DNA of 64,000 bases from Dehalococcoidia bacterium (GTDB taxonomy: Bacteria; Chloroflexota; Dehalococcoidia; Bin125): positions 1,344,001-1,408,000 of the forward strand of contig CAXXSR010000001.1 in NCBI GenBank assembly GCA_963662615.2. Reading direction: 5' to 3'. Both the position numbers and the translations under genes were made by a program. Below, one piece after another: positions 1 to 10,316 of this stretch (position 1 is its first letter; each line of letters opens with the position of its first letter). Below the pieces are notes generated by a model. That model saw nothing but the letters and a program-made list of their open reading frames with translations, made no database searches and was not told where the DNA came from.

Positions 1-713
1 GCCATCCAGGTCGAACGGTTGCCGTTCCGCCTCTGCACGCGACCGTTGACCGCGTAGTCCATCAGCGCCGGCCCGATCGTCGCCGCCACCGATTCGATCT
101 GAGCCAGCTCGATCATCTGGCCCTCGCCCGTCCGCTCCCGATGCCGCAACGCCGCCGCGATCGCCACGACCATGTGGCCGGGGTTGATCCCGTAGTCCGG
201 ATAGTTCGTCCCCACCCCGAACGGCGGCCGCTGTGGGAATCCGCTCAGAAAGCTCAGGCCGCTCGCCGGCGTCAGGAGTGCGCCGAAGCCCAAGAAATCG
301 CGACGCGGGCCGCTCAGCCCCTGCATCGGCGCATACGCCGCGATGATCCGAGGGTTGACGGCGCGCAGCGCCTCGTAGCCGAGGTCCCACTGCGCGATGG
401 CGCGCGGCGTGAAGTTCGTCAGGAAGACGTCGCTGCGCTCAATCAGTCGCAGCGCTACGGCTCGCCCCCCCGGCGCTCGCACGTTCAGCAGGAACGACAG
501 CTTGTCCGCGTTAAAGTTGTTGAAGAAGCCGCTGACGTTGTAGCCCTCCTTGCCGGCCGGCACCGGCTGCGTCATGCGCAATCCATCTACGCGCGCCTCG
601 CTCTCCACCCGCACCACTTCCGCCCCGAACGCGGCCAGCGTGCGCCCGGCGATCGGCCCGGTCCCGAACCAGGAGAAGTCGGCGACACGAATCCCTTCCA
701 GCGGTCCGCTCAC
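1..713 (-). CDS. CaiB/BaiF family (class III) CoA-transferase, runs off window start
   Basis: Read manually: GTG at 713 gives VSGPLEGIRVADFSWFGTGP; GTGA overlap with the stop of the upstream CoA-transferase. Confidence 0.88.
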   Translation of the reverse strand, partial: MSGPLEGIRVADFSWFGTGPIAGRTLAAFGAEVVRVESEARVDGLRMTQPVPAGKEGYNVSGFFNNFNADKLSFLLNVRAPGGRAVALRLIERSDVFLTNFTPRAIAQWDLGYEALRAVNPRIIAAYAPMQGLSGPRRDFLGFGALLTPASGLSFLSGFPQRPPFGVGTNYPDYGINPGHMVVAIAAALRHRERTGEGQMIELAQIESVAATIGPALMDYAVNGRVQRRNGNRSTWM

Positions 714-1987
714 AGCGCCCCCTCCGACGCGTAGACCGGCAAGTCCTCGGGGGGGATGCCTACCTCCTGGACCCAGACCTCCAGGTTGTGCTCCCCCACC
801 GCTGGCGGCGGCCGCCGGTACGCCACCGGCGTCGCTGAGAGCCGGTAGGGCGGCCCCGGGTACCGCACGGCCTCGCCCCGTTGCTGCAGCGTCACGAACC
901 AGTCCCGTGCAATCAGCTGCGGATCCTCCACCAGCTCCTTCGGCGACGCCACAATGCCAATGAGCAGCCGTCGGCGCTGGCCCTCCTCGTAGCACTCTGC
1001 GCAGCTCTTCCCTGCGAAGAACCGGCCGATCACCTCCTGCGCCCGATCCATGATCGGCCGTAACGCCGTCAGCGCCTCCGGGTTGCCAATGGCCGCGGTC
1101 AGCGTCCGCAGGTCCAGCGTCCCCAGCTTCTCCGCGTACTGCGGCTCCGTCAGCTCCTCCGCTTTCCCCTCTTCCGCCATCCAGTCGCGTAGCGCGCTCC
1201 ACGGCGCGCCGAAGCCTGGGACCCCCACCATCGCGCAGATGTAGCCGTCCTGCGTCTTGTACGTGCCCATACCCGGCATGCGGATGAAATCGCCTCGACG
1301 CTCGCGGGCAACCTTCGTGAAATCCCACGTCTGCATCGCCGTCTCCTGGCAGATAGCCAGCGCCTCCTGCATCGACACCTCGACCAGCTGGCCCTGCCCG
1401 CCCCGCTCCTTGTGGAAGAGCGCCAGCGTGGCGCCCTGCGCCGCTGCGATCGACGCCGCAATGTAGCCCTGATTCCCGTAGATCTGGTTGGGCGGATCGG
1501 CGGGGTCGCCCGCCAGCGTCATCACTCCGGACATCGCCAGGCCCACAATGTCGGTTGCGCGCCAGCGCGCGTGCGGCCCTTCCAGGCCGAACCCGGTGAC
1601 GCTCACGTAGACCAGATCCGGCTTCGCCGCCCGCAGCGCCTCATAGCCAATGCCGCGGGCCTCCATATGTCCCGGCCCGAACGTCTCCAGGACCACATCC
1701 GCCGTTTTGGCCAGCTCCCGCAAGAGATGCTGCCCGTCGTGCTGGTCAATGTCGCACGTCACCGAGCGCTTGTTGGCATTGAAGTACCAGTACGACAGGC
1801 TCGTTTCCCGCCCCACCTCGTCGCGGAAGAACGGGCCCATCCCGCGCGCCGGATCGCCCCCCGGCAGCTCCACCTTGATCACGTCGGCGCCAAGATCGGC
1901 CAGCAGCTTGCCGCAGTAGTGCCCCATCTCCGATGTGAGATCCAGGACTCGAATGCCGTCCAGCGCGCCCGCGGGCGAGTTCGCCAT
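710..1987 (-). CDS. CaiB/BaiF family CoA-transferase
   Basis: LDGIRVLDLT...[12 protein letters not shown]...NANKRS and C-terminal PPPAVGEHN motifs. Confidence 0.92.
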   Translation of the reverse strand: MANSPAGALDGIRVLDLTSEMGHYCGKLLADLGADVIKVELPGGDPARGMGPFFRDEVGRETSLSYWYFNANKRSVTCDIDQHDGQHLLRELAKTADVVLETFGPGHMEARGIGYEALRAAKPDLVYVSVTGFGLEGPHARWRATDIVGLAMSGVMTLAGDPADPPNQIYGNQGYIAASIAAAQGATLALFHKERGGQGQLVEVSMQEALAICQETAMQTWDFTKVARERRGDFIRMPGMGTYKTQDGYICAMVGVPGFGAPWSALRDWMAEEGKAEELTEPQYAEKLGTLDLRTLTAAIGNPEALTALRPIMDRAQEVIGRFFAGKSCAECYEEGQRRRLLIGIVASPKELVEDPQLIARDWFVTLQQRGEAVRYPGPPYRLSATPVAYRRPPPAVGEHNLEVWVQEVGIPPEDLPVYASEGAL

Positions 1988-2180
1988 CCCTCACCGCTCC
2001 GCCGGCATCGTCGCCTGCCGGCTCAATGCGTGCATACGGCCGTAGCGCTCCCCGCGCCCGCGGAGTGGAACGACATCCCCATGGCAGCGGCGTGCGGTCC
2101 TCAGTATGTCCCATCCCGCCGCCACCGGGGCGCTGCACCATCCCATCGAAGAGCGCTGCGACCGTTGCTACACTGGACGT

Positions 2181-2327
2181 ATGCGGTGGCGGCGCAGGCT
2201 TGGCTTCGCGATGGGCGGGTTGCTCCTCCTTCTCATCGTGATCATCCTGATCAACAGCGGCTTGGGCGTGGACAGCGACGAAACGATCACGGACCGCAAT
2301 CGGCCCGAGATCGTCGGTGAGCGGTAG
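2181..2327 (+). CDS. small single-pass membrane protein
   Basis: MRWRRR followed by a hydrophobic run (LGFAMGGLLLLLIVIILI); fills the gap before the ferredoxin. Confidence 0.55.
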   Translation: MRWRRRLGFAMGGLLLLLIVIILINSGLGVDSDETITDRNRPEIVGER

Positions 2328-2330
2328 TCG

Positions 2331-2353
2331 GGGCCCCACGATCTGAGGGGCCC
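2331..2353 (+). terminator. GC hairpin after small ORF
   Basis: GGGCCCC...GGGGCCC inverted repeat, no U-tract. Confidence 0.3.
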
Positions 2354-2369
2354 GTCAGGGGGCGGAACG

Positions 2370-2678
2370 ATGCCCACAGTGACCGTTCAGCCGGCCGGCA
2401 TCCCCTTCGAGGTGCCCGTTGGCCGCACCGTCATGGAAGTCGCCCGCGAGCAGGGCTACTACTGGCCCACGCAGTGCAACATGGCCTGCCAGTGCGCCAC
2501 CTGCTTCTTCATCGTCGTGGAAGGCGCGGAGAACCTCTCGCCCATGGGTCGCGCCGAAAGGGCGGCCCTGATCGAACAGCGCGGCCGCCACGCCCTGGCA
2601 CAGCCCGTCCGCCTGGCCTGCCAAGCGCGCGTCCACGGCGATGTCGTCGTCCGCAAGCACGGCGTGAGGCGGGACTAA
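2370..2678 (+). CDS. 2Fe-2S ferredoxin
   Basis: C-x4-C-x2-C (CNMACQCATC) plus RLACQ. Confidence 0.88.
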   Translation: MPTVTVQPAGIPFEVPVGRTVMEVAREQGYYWPTQCNMACQCATCFFIVVEGAENLSPMGRAERAALIEQRGRHALAQPVRLACQARVHGDVVVRKHGVRRD

Positions 2679-2720
2679 GCGGGCGCGATATCGGCACTGC
2701 TCGCCCTTCCCTTCTCAGCC

Positions 2721-2735
2721 ATAGAACCAGTCGAT
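2721..2735. promoter_or_regulatory. putative LysR autoregulatory box (T-N11-A)
   Basis: ATAG-aaccagt-CGAT about 80 bp upstream of the LysR start. Confidence 0.45.
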
Positions 2736-2812
2736 ATACTCAGCCCCCAACCTTGGACTCCATGGGCGTCGACCTCGGTCCTGAGGGCCCGCGACGCGGC
2801 GACGGCAACTCA

Positions 2813-3775
2813 ATGGAACTCGGTCGCTTGGAAGCGTTCGTTCAGGTTGCGAACCTGCTCTCCTTCTCCAGGGCCGCGGACGCGCTCTTCCTCACCCAAC
2901 CCACCGTCACCGCGCGCATTCAGGCGCTGGAACGCGAGCTGGGCGAGCCGCTCTTTGAGCGCACCGGCCGTGCCGTCCGCCTCACCGACGCCGGCAGGGA
3001 GTTCCTCCCGCATGTCCAACGCGCTCTCCAGGCCGTCAAAGACGGCAACGATGCCATCGCCAGCGCGCGCGACGTCGAGCGCGGAACGCTCTCCGTCGGC
3101 ACAGCTCCCACCATCGGTGCCTACGTCCTGCCGGCGCTGCTGCAGCAGTTCGCCGCACGCTACCCCGGCGTGGAGATCTCGATCCGCACCGGTCGCTCCG
3201 ACGAGATTCTGGAAATGCTCCTCGCGGACGAGGTCCAAGTCGGCATCGAGCGCCATCGCACCCATGCCGACATCACGACCGTCGCCCTCTATGAGGACGA
3301 CATCTACCTCGTCGCGAGCTCGGATCACCCCATTGTGCAGCCGGGCGCCGTCACGGTGCCGCGGATCGGGCGCGAAGCCGTCATCTTTTTCGACGTCGGC
3401 TCCTCCTATCACGCCATCAGCCAGGCCATCTTCCACGACGCCGGCGTGACCCCTCGCCATACCCTGGAGGTCGATAGCCTGGAGATGGCCAAGCACTTGG
3501 TGCTGAAGGGGCTGGGACTGGCGTTCCTGCCGCGCGTCGCCGTGGAGCACGACCTAGCCGAGGGCAGTCTGGTCCGCGTGGAAATCGAAGGCCGTCCGCC
3601 CCTGCGCCGGCAGATCGCGCTGATGTACCGCCAGCGACGGCTTCAGAGCCGCTCCATGCTGGCCTTCTTTGATCTGCTCAATGAGATCTATCGTGTCGCT
3701 TCCCCCGACTCCGCGGACGGTGCAGCGCCGGCGGCAGAGCCGGCCCGGCCGCTCGCCCCCGTCCGACGCGACTAA
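2813..3775 (+). CDS. LysR family transcriptional regulator
   Basis: HTH LEAFVQVANLLSFSRAADALFLTQPTVTARIQALERELGEPLFER plus substrate-binding domain. Confidence 0.95.
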   Translation: MELGRLEAFVQVANLLSFSRAADALFLTQPTVTARIQALERELGEPLFERTGRAVRLTDAGREFLPHVQRALQAVKDGNDAIASARDVERGTLSVGTAPTIGAYVLPALLQQFAARYPGVEISIRTGRSDEILEMLLADEVQVGIERHRTHADITTVALYEDDIYLVASSDHPIVQPGAVTVPRIGREAVIFFDVGSSYHAISQAIFHDAGVTPRHTLEVDSLEMAKHLVLKGLGLAFLPRVAVEHDLAEGSLVRVEIEGRPPLRRQIALMYRQRRLQSRSMLAFFDLLNEIYRVASPDSADGAAPAAEPARPLAPVRRD

Positions 3776-3843
3776 CCCTGGCGGGGCACGGCCAATCCCT
3801 GTCCATCCGCGCAGAGCGCCGGCACTCCCTCGTGCCCGCTTCG

Positions 3844-4815
3844 CTAGCCGGAGCCCGAGCGCGCCTTCTTCCCGGCCGCCTTCTTGGCCGCCCCCGTCGC
3901 AGCATCCTTCGCCTTCGGGATCCGCGGCATTCGCGTCCCGTCGCGCAGAGCCTGCAGGATCTTCACGTTGAGCGCGTCCGGCCCTTTCCCTTCGAACCCA
4001 GGCACCTCAAGGAGCCAGGGAACGCGGGCGAAGGCCGGATGGCGGATCACGCCCTCGAATCCGCTCAGGCCAATCGATCCTCGGCCAATGTTCTCGTGCC
4101 GGTCCTTGCCGGATTGAAACGGCGTCTTGGAATCGTTCGCGTGCACGGCGACAAGCTGGTCCAGCCCAATCTCCCTCTCGAACTCCGTCATCGCCAGCTC
4201 AAACAATTCCTTCTCCACCAGGTTGTACCCGGCGGAATGGGCATGGCACGTGTCCAGGCAGACCTTGACCTGCTTGTCGCCAACGCCGTCCATGATCGCA
4301 CCGATCTCGGCAAAGCTGGAGCCCACGCTGTTGCCGGTGCCGGCGTTATTCTCAATGCAGAGCCACACGTCGTCCGGCGACTCCGCCAGCACGCGCTTCA
4401 TCGCCTCCACCATCGGCGCCAGCACGGCCTCGAAGCCCAGGCCCTTGTGGCTGCCCACGTGAAAGATGACCCCGGCGATGCCCAGCGCCGATCCCAGCCG
4501 CATGTCGGCGATGAGGGCATCGACGCCCTTCTCCACCAACTCCGCGTCGGCGCTGGCCAGGTTGACCAGATAGACCCCGTGAATGAAGTTGGGCCCAATC
4601 TCCGCCGCCGCCATCCCCTCGCGGAACGCCGCGATCTCCTCCTCCTTGTGCGTCTTGCGCCGCCATTGCTGCGGCGCCGCCCCGAAGATCTGCACCGCCT
4701 CCGCCCCCACGTCGCGCGCGTTCTCCACCGCGACGTCAATATGCCCCGCCGTGGACACGTGCGCGCCGATTCGCGGCCCCTTCGTCTTCCTCCCCGCGGC
4801 CCCTGTGCCCGGCAT
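3844..4815 (-). CDS. nfo: endonuclease IV (AP endonuclease 2)
   Basis: IGAHVS, HGVYLVNL, ENNAG, CLDTCH, HANDSK, DRHENIG motifs; GGAGG before ATG 4815. Confidence 0.95.
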   Translation of the reverse strand: MPGTGAAGRKTKGPRIGAHVSTAGHIDVAVENARDVGAEAVQIFGAAPQQWRRKTHKEEEIAAFREGMAAAEIGPNFIHGVYLVNLASADAELVEKGVDALIADMRLGSALGIAGVIFHVGSHKGLGFEAVLAPMVEAMKRVLAESPDDVWLCIENNAGTGNSVGSSFAEIGAIMDGVGDKQVKVCLDTCHAHSAGYNLVEKELFELAMTEFEREIGLDQLVAVHANDSKTPFQSGKDRHENIGRGSIGLSGFEGVIRHPAFARVPWLLEVPGFEGKGPDALNVKILQALRDGTRMPRIPKAKDAATGAAKKAAGKKARSGSG

Positions 4816-4962
4816 GTCCCTACCTCCACGCGGGCGCCACCTGCTCGCCCGCCCACCACGCACGTCGCAGTGGTAGCCTCTCGGCGCGACGCGCGTTTCG
4901 ACGTCGCAATAGCACCGGCGAGTCTAGCAACTCGTCCACGGGCATGGAGAAATGAGGGCCCC

Positions 4963-5658
4963 GTGAACGACTCCCCGAGCACGCAGGCAGCGCTCCAGGT
5001 CACGATCCCCAGCGACCGGGGCCCCATCGCCGCGCTCTTCCACGACTGCGAACCGGCGCACGGGACCGTCCTGACGGTCGCCGGCCTCAGCGGCGGCTTC
5101 GACGGCCCCGCCAACGGCCTCTACGGCGATCTCGCCGACGCGCTCTCACAGCGCAACATCGCCCTGCTCCGCCTCGACTACCGCATCAAGCGCACGGGTC
5201 CCATTGACGACGGCACCTCCGACGTCCTCGCCGGCATCCATTGGCTGCAGCAACGCGACCGCGGCCCCGTCCTCCTCGTTGGCCACTCGTACGGCGGCGC
5301 CATCGTCGTCCGCGCCGGTCTGCGCTCGTCGGCGGTCGCCGGTGTGGCGGCGCTGGCCACGCAGACGGCCGGCATTGAGGACGTCGCCCAGCTCAGTCCG
5401 CGATCGCTGCTGCTCATCCACGGCCTGGCGGACGACCGCCTGCCCCCCGGCCTTTCCCATGCGGTCCATGCACGGGCGCGCGAACCGAAGTCGCTGCACC
5501 TGCTCGAAGGCGTCGGACATTCCCTGCGCGAGCAGCCCGACGCCGTCCGCTCTCTCCTGCTGAACTGGTGCGACGAGACGCTGCCGGCGCTGGAGCCCCC
5601 TCCCCCATCCACTGGGGGCATGACAGAGGGCACGGCCTCCCCGGCCCCACCCACCTAG
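4963..5658 (+). CDS. alpha/beta fold hydrolase
   Basis: GHSYGG nucleophile elbow, IHGLADD, GVGH. Confidence 0.88.
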   Translation: MNDSPSTQAALQVTIPSDRGPIAALFHDCEPAHGTVLTVAGLSGGFDGPANGLYGDLADALSQRNIALLRLDYRIKRTGPIDDGTSDVLAGIHWLQQRDRGPVLLVGHSYGGAIVVRAGLRSSAVAGVAALATQTAGIEDVAQLSPRSLLLIHGLADDRLPPGLSHAVHARAREPKSLHLLEGVGHSLREQPDAVRSLLLNWCDETLPALEPPPPSTGGMTEGTASPAPPT

Positions 5659-5734
5659 CGATCGCCTCCATCGCCACCAGCGTCGCCTCCATCGCCAGCG
5701 CCTCCACTAGCATCGCCGCTATCGCGAAAGACCC

Positions 5735-5959
5735 TCAATCGCGAAAGACGATGTCGGCGTCCTCTTCCACGTAGACCCGGTCGCCAATCCGGACCGGCAG
5801 CGGCCCGTGTAGATCCAGGAGGACGCGGGCCTCCAGCTGATCGACGCCGTTCAACCGCACCAGTGGAAACCCGGGCTGCCCCCGTCCCAGCCCCACGATC
5901 TCAATGCGGTCGCGCCGCCCCTCTTCGCGGGCACCCAGAGACGGCGGATCGTTGGTCAC
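5735..5959 (-). CDS. hypothetical protein
   Basis: Protein-like beta-rich sequence (RIEIVGLG...VRIGDRVYVEED) filling the gap; start uncertain. Confidence 0.45.
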   Translation of the reverse strand: MTNDPPSLGAREEGRRDRIEIVGLGRGQPGFPLVRLNGVDQLEARVLLDLHGPLPVRIGDRVYVEEDADIVFRD

Positions 5960-6011
5960 AGCGGGAGTGTGCGCTACCCTCCCCAGGCCGTCAACGTAAA
6001 CCGCGATGCGC

Positions 6012-6470
6012 ATGGCCGTCATCGAAACCGTCCCCTCCCGCGAAGTACAACTGGCGCTCGAGCCCAGCGTTTCCGCTGCGGCCCGCGCCGCCCTTCGCGC
6101 CGGCGCGACGCTGTTCGACGCCCGTCGCTTCTGGGACGCGCACGAGGCCTGGGAAGAGATCTGGCAAGCCGAGAGCAGACCCATCCGCTCCTTCTACCAA
6201 GGGCTCATCCAGATCGCCGCGGGATATCACCACTGGACCGTCACCCGCCGCCCCAACGGCGTCCAGATCCTCCTCGCAGCGGCGACCGGCAAGCTCTCCT
6301 GGTACCGCCCCGCCTACCTCGATGTGGACGTCGACGCGATCGTCGCCGACGCCGAGCGGATGCGGGGCCGGGCCCGCGGCAAGGACGCCGCCTGGCTGAC
6401 GGCGCTCCCCTCTGACGAGATGCCGCCCTTCCGCTGGCTGCCGACCGCGCCCCCAGCGGCGACGGCCTGA
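6012..6470 (+). CDS. DUF309 domain protein
   Basis: FWDAHEAWEEIW...FYQGLIQIAAGYHH signature. Confidence 0.88.
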   Translation: MAVIETVPSREVQLALEPSVSAAARAALRAGATLFDARRFWDAHEAWEEIWQAESRPIRSFYQGLIQIAAGYHHWTVTRRPNGVQILLAAATGKLSWYRPAYLDVDVDAIVADAERMRGRARGKDAAWLTALPSDEMPPFRWLPTAPPAATA

Positions 6471-6929
6471 GTGCCCTCCATGCCCGCTCAGCCATCCCTG
6501 CGCGTCAAACGTCTCCGCCCCACCGCCAGCCTCCCCCAACGCGCGACCCCACACAGCTCGGGGCTGGACGTCTACGCCGACTTGGGCCAGACGGACGCGA
6601 TGCTGGAGCTGACCGCCACGCCCACCCTGGTTCCCACCGGCATCGCCTTGGAGGTGCCGCCGGGCTACGAGGTGCAGGTACGCCCCCGCTCGGGCCTCTC
6701 CCGGCTGGGCGTTGACGTCGCCTTCGGCACGGTCGATGCCGACTACCGCGGTGAGCTCAAGGTGAACATGGCGCTGCGCGGGGACGCCCGCCGGCGCTTC
6801 GTCATCCGTCACGGCCAACGCATCGCGCAGATCGTCGTCGCTCCCCTGCTCCTCACCGACGTGGAGGAGGTGGACCACCTCACCCCCACCGAGCGCGGCG
6901 CTGGCGGGTTCGGCTCCAGCGGCCGCTAG
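6471..6929 (+). CDS. dut: dUTP diphosphatase
   Basis: SGLD, RPRSGL, GTVDADYRGE, RIAQ, RGAGGFGSSG motifs. Confidence 0.96.
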   Translation: MPSMPAQPSLRVKRLRPTASLPQRATPHSSGLDVYADLGQTDAMLELTATPTLVPTGIALEVPPGYEVQVRPRSGLSRLGVDVAFGTVDADYRGELKVNMALRGDARRRFVIRHGQRIAQIVVAPLLLTDVEEVDHLTPTERGAGGFGSSGR

Positions 6930-7149
6930 CCCGCGCCCAGCGCTGTGACGTCGCGCAGCTACGCGGATCGTCGCCGCAACGCCCGCCCCGCTGACGATGC
7001 CGGAACCTTTCGCCGCCGGCCATCGTTTGATCGGGTGAAGCCCGCTGATCGGCTGACGAGATGGTCGACGCGCCCGTGCCCGCCCCGGCGCTGAAGGCCA
7101 AAGCGCGCTAAGGTGGCTGGTGGTGGCAGGGGTCGGCGCGGAGGCAGTA

Positions 7150-8850
7150 ATGCCCCATCGCTTCCTGCTGCTTCCAGCGCTCGCGCTCGTGATCGCGATG
7201 CTGGCCGCGGCCTGCGGCGGTGACGGCGACGACGAAACGGAGCCGTTTCGCGGCGAATCCGCCGCCACGGATGAGCCCGCTCGGCGTCCCGTCCCTCCCG
7301 ACGACATCCCCCCAGCACAGCAGGGCGAGGGCGACGAAGCCGAGGCCGACGCCGAGCCTGCGGTGGCCGAGCGCCCCGCGGCGTCAACCGAGACGCTCCG
7401 GCCCCCCGACCCCGCCGCCACCCCGGAATCGGCGACGGATTACACCGTCCAGGCCGGCGACACCCTCTTAGACATCGCGATACGCTTCGGCGCCACCGTC
7501 GATGAACTCGTCGCGCTCAACGGGCTCGCCAACCCGGATTCCTTGTTCGTCGGGCAGGTCATCGCCTTACCCTCGCCCGACGGCGCCGAGGCGGAAGCGG
7601 ACGCCGAAGCGGAGGAGCCCGCCGCGCCCGCGGACGATGCCGCCGGCGGCGGCGACTCAGAAGCGGTGGCCGACCCGGCCGATGTCCCTGACGCCCCGCC
7701 GGAGGTCACCGAGACGGGCGAGGGAACCAGTCCCGACACCATTCCCCAGCCCGGCCCCGACGTCACAGTGGCAGAGCTGCCCGAGCGGCCGGACGACTTC
7801 GCGACGTATAGCACCGCGGTCCTGCCCTGGCTGCAGACGCGCACTGAAATCGCTGACATCCTCCCCCTCTTTGAGCAGTGGTCCATGCCGCCCGTCGCGG
7901 ACGGCGACCGCTTCCACCTGGTCGATACGGACAGCAATGGCCTCTCCAGCCTCATCATTGTCTACACCGATCCTGGCACCCCGGAGGACTTTCCCACCGT
8001 CACCAGCAACCTGATCATCTACGACCCCCTCCCCGACCAACCGGACCGCTACCGCATCGCCTACGACCACCAGTTGCACACGGGCATAGACGGGTCGGAT
8101 ATCGCGGTGATGATGGTCGTGGACATCACCGGCGACAGGCGCCGCGACGTCACCTTCCGCGAGCAGTTCTGCGGTGCGCACACCTGCACCACCACGGTCC
8201 ACGTCCTTGTCCGTGACGGCGAGGGCTACCGCGACGCCGTCGTCGCGCCCATCAACATCCCCACCGCCGGCCCCTTCGACCTCTCGGACCAGACCGGTGA
8301 CGGCCTGCCCGACATCGGGGTGGAGGGCGGCACCTTCGGCTCCGTCGGCGCCGGCCCCCCGCGTCCTTTCCGCTACCTCTTCAGTGGCGCCGGCGGCGCC
8401 GTCCAGCAAGTCGCCGCAACCGGCCTCCCCACCGACTGGCTCGTCTGGGTCATCGTCGACGGCAACCGCGCCTTCGACGCCGGCGACTACGCAACGGCGC
8501 TCGGCCATTACGACCGCGCCACCTCCGACAACGCCTTGCAAGAGTGGGTGTCGGGAGAATCCGCGGATCTCGTGCCCCTGGCACACCTGCGTCGCACCCT
8601 CGCCCTCGCGCTGACGGCGCAGCCCGTCACAGCCGTGGCGGCGGCGCAGGCGGCGGCGGCAGGCAGCGGCCTCGTCGCTGACCTCAGCCAGGCATTCTTG
8701 GGCGCCTTCGCCCTGGAGACTGACCTCACCGCCGGCTGCTCCGCTCTCAACGACGCGCTCGCCCTCCGCGTGGACGAGTGGGACGCGCTCTGGGACCAGT
8801 TCGGCTACGCCGTCCCCCAGTTTCGGGCCGAGGCTATCTGCCCCCTCTAG
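7150..8850 (+). CDS. LysM-domain lipoprotein
   Basis: Signal peptide with lipobox LAAAC; LysM YTVQAGDTLLDIA...NGLANPDSLFVGQVI; acidic linkers. Confidence 0.85.
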   Translation: MPHRFLLLPALALVIAMLAAACGGDGDDETEPFRGESAATDEPARRPVPPDDIPPAQQGEGDEAEADAEPAVAERPAASTETLRPPDPAATPESATDYTVQAGDTLLDIAIRFGATVDELVALNGLANPDSLFVGQVIALPSPDGAEAEADAEAEEPAAPADDAAGGGDSEAVADPADVPDAPPEVTETGEGTSPDTIPQPGPDVTVAELPERPDDFATYSTAVLPWLQTRTEIADILPLFEQWSMPPVADGDRFHLVDTDSNGLSSLIIVYTDPGTPEDFPTVTSNLIIYDPLPDQPDRYRIAYDHQLHTGIDGSDIAVMMVVDITGDRRRDVTFREQFCGAHTCTTTVHVLVRDGEGYRDAVVAPINIPTAGPFDLSDQTGDGLPDIGVEGGTFGSVGAGPPRPFRYLFSGAGGAVQQVAATGLPTDWLVWVIVDGNRAFDAGDYATALGHYDRATSDNALQEWVSGESADLVPLAHLRRTLALALTAQPVTAVAAAQAAAAGSGLVADLSQAFLGAFALETDLTAGCSALNDALALRVDEWDALWDQFGYAVPQFRAEAICPL

Positions 8851-8940
8851 GCGGCCCGACAGCGCGGAGGCGATGATTTCGGCTCACCGCGCCACAGCTC
8901 CTTCAACCACAGCTCTTCAATCGGCCCCGCGTCGCCTACA

Positions 8941-9396
8941 ATGTCGGCCACCGCGCCCGTCCAACGCCAACAGATACGAACTATGCAGGAGCGCATCTTC
9001 ACCCTGGCCGAGGCGCGCGAGATGCTCCCCCGCATCGAGCAGCTCTTGCTCGATATCCAGCGCAGCAAGCGCAAGTTCGACCAAGTGCAGGCGCTCCGCG
9101 ACTCCATTCGCCGCTCCACCGGCGCCGACGGCGGCGCCGTCGACACCAACGCCCCCGCCCTCACCGAGCGCGCCCGCGCCCTCGCGAACGATATTCGTCA
9201 ACAGATCGAGGAGCTGAACGCCGCGGGCGTCCAGGTCAAGGACGTCGACCGCGGACTCGTGGACTGGGTCGCCATGCGCGAGGGCCGGCAGGTGTACCTC
9301 TGCTGGCAGCGGGGCGAGCCCACGGTGGACTGGTGGCACGAGATCGCGGACGGCTTCCCTGGCCGCCGGCGTGTCCAACCGCAAGAGTGGGACTGA
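8941..9396 (+). CDS. DUF2203 domain protein
   Basis: FTLAEA...VKDVDRGLVDW...LCWQRGE...WWHE...GFPGR. Confidence 0.88.
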   Translation: MSATAPVQRQQIRTMQERIFTLAEAREMLPRIEQLLLDIQRSKRKFDQVQALRDSIRRSTGADGGAVDTNAPALTERARALANDIRQQIEELNAAGVQVKDVDRGLVDWVAMREGRQVYLCWQRGEPTVDWWHEIADGFPGRRRVQPQEWD

Positions 9397-9438
9397 GCGG
9401 CCGCGCCACGGCCACGCCACGGCCACGCCACCGCGCCG

Positions 9439-10293
9439 CTAGGTCACTCGGACCCGTCGCGGCCGCCAGCGAGCGAGGCGTCGCGGCGACAACACGAGCG
9501 CGAGCGTGAAGATCACTACCGCCGTCAGCGCAATGCTGGGGCCCGCCGCCACGTCCAGGTGAAACGAGATGTAGAGCCCGCCCACCAGCGCCACCGTGCC
9601 GACCGCGGCGCCCACCACCATGATCCAGAACAGCCGCCGCACGATCAGCGTCGCCGTCGCCGCCGGCGCCACCAGCATCGCCATCACCAGCAGCACGCCC
9701 ACCAGGCGGAACGCCACCACCGCCGCCAGCGCCACCAGCACCAGCAGCCCCGTCTGCACCAGCGCCACCGGCACCCCGCTCGCGCGCGCCAGCTCGGGAT
9801 CGTATGCCACGTATCGCAGCTCCGCATAGAAGTAGGCCGTCACCACCACGATCACCGCCGTGAGCACACCCATCAGGATCAGGTCCTCCGTGGGCACCCC
9901 CAGAATCACGCCCACCAGCAGCGAATTGAGGTCCAAGGCGTAGTTGCGGGTGCGGCTCATCAGGAGGACGCCCAGCGCAAACAGGCCAATGAAGAGCATG
10001 GCGACGGACGTGTCGAACGAGAAGCGCCCGCGGCGGCTGAGATTCGCGACGCCCACCGCCGTCAGCACCGCCGCGACGATCGCGCCCAAGCTCACGACGG
10101 TGCTGCTCCCCCCGGCCAGAAACGCCACCGCCGCTCCCGCCAGCGACGTGTGCGCCACCGCGTCGCCCAGAAACGCCAGCCCCTTCAAGACCACGAACGC
10201 CCCCACCACCGCGCCCGCCACAGCCACGAAAAAGCCCGCCAGCAGCGCCCGCTGCATGAACTCGAACTGCCAGGGATCCGTCAGCCAGTCCAC
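9439..10293 (-). CDS. Zn/Mn ABC transporter permease (ZnuB-like)
   Basis: FMQRALLAG, GDAVAH, multiple TM segments. Confidence 0.93.
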   Translation of the reverse strand: MDWLTDPWQFEFMQRALLAGFFVAVAGAVVGAFVVLKGLAFLGDAVAHTSLAGAAVAFLAGGSSTVVSLGAIVAAVLTAVGVANLSRRGRFSFDTSVAMLFIGLFALGVLLMSRTRNYALDLNSLLVGVILGVPTEDLILMGVLTAVIVVVTAYFYAELRYVAYDPELARASGVPVALVQTGLLVLVALAAVVAFRLVGVLLVMAMLVAPAATATLIVRRLFWIMVVGAAVGTVALVGGLYISFHLDVAAGPSIALTAVVIFTLALVLSPRRLARWRPRRVRVT

Positions 10294-10316
10294 GTCGATC
10301 CGGTTAGCCCCTGCCG

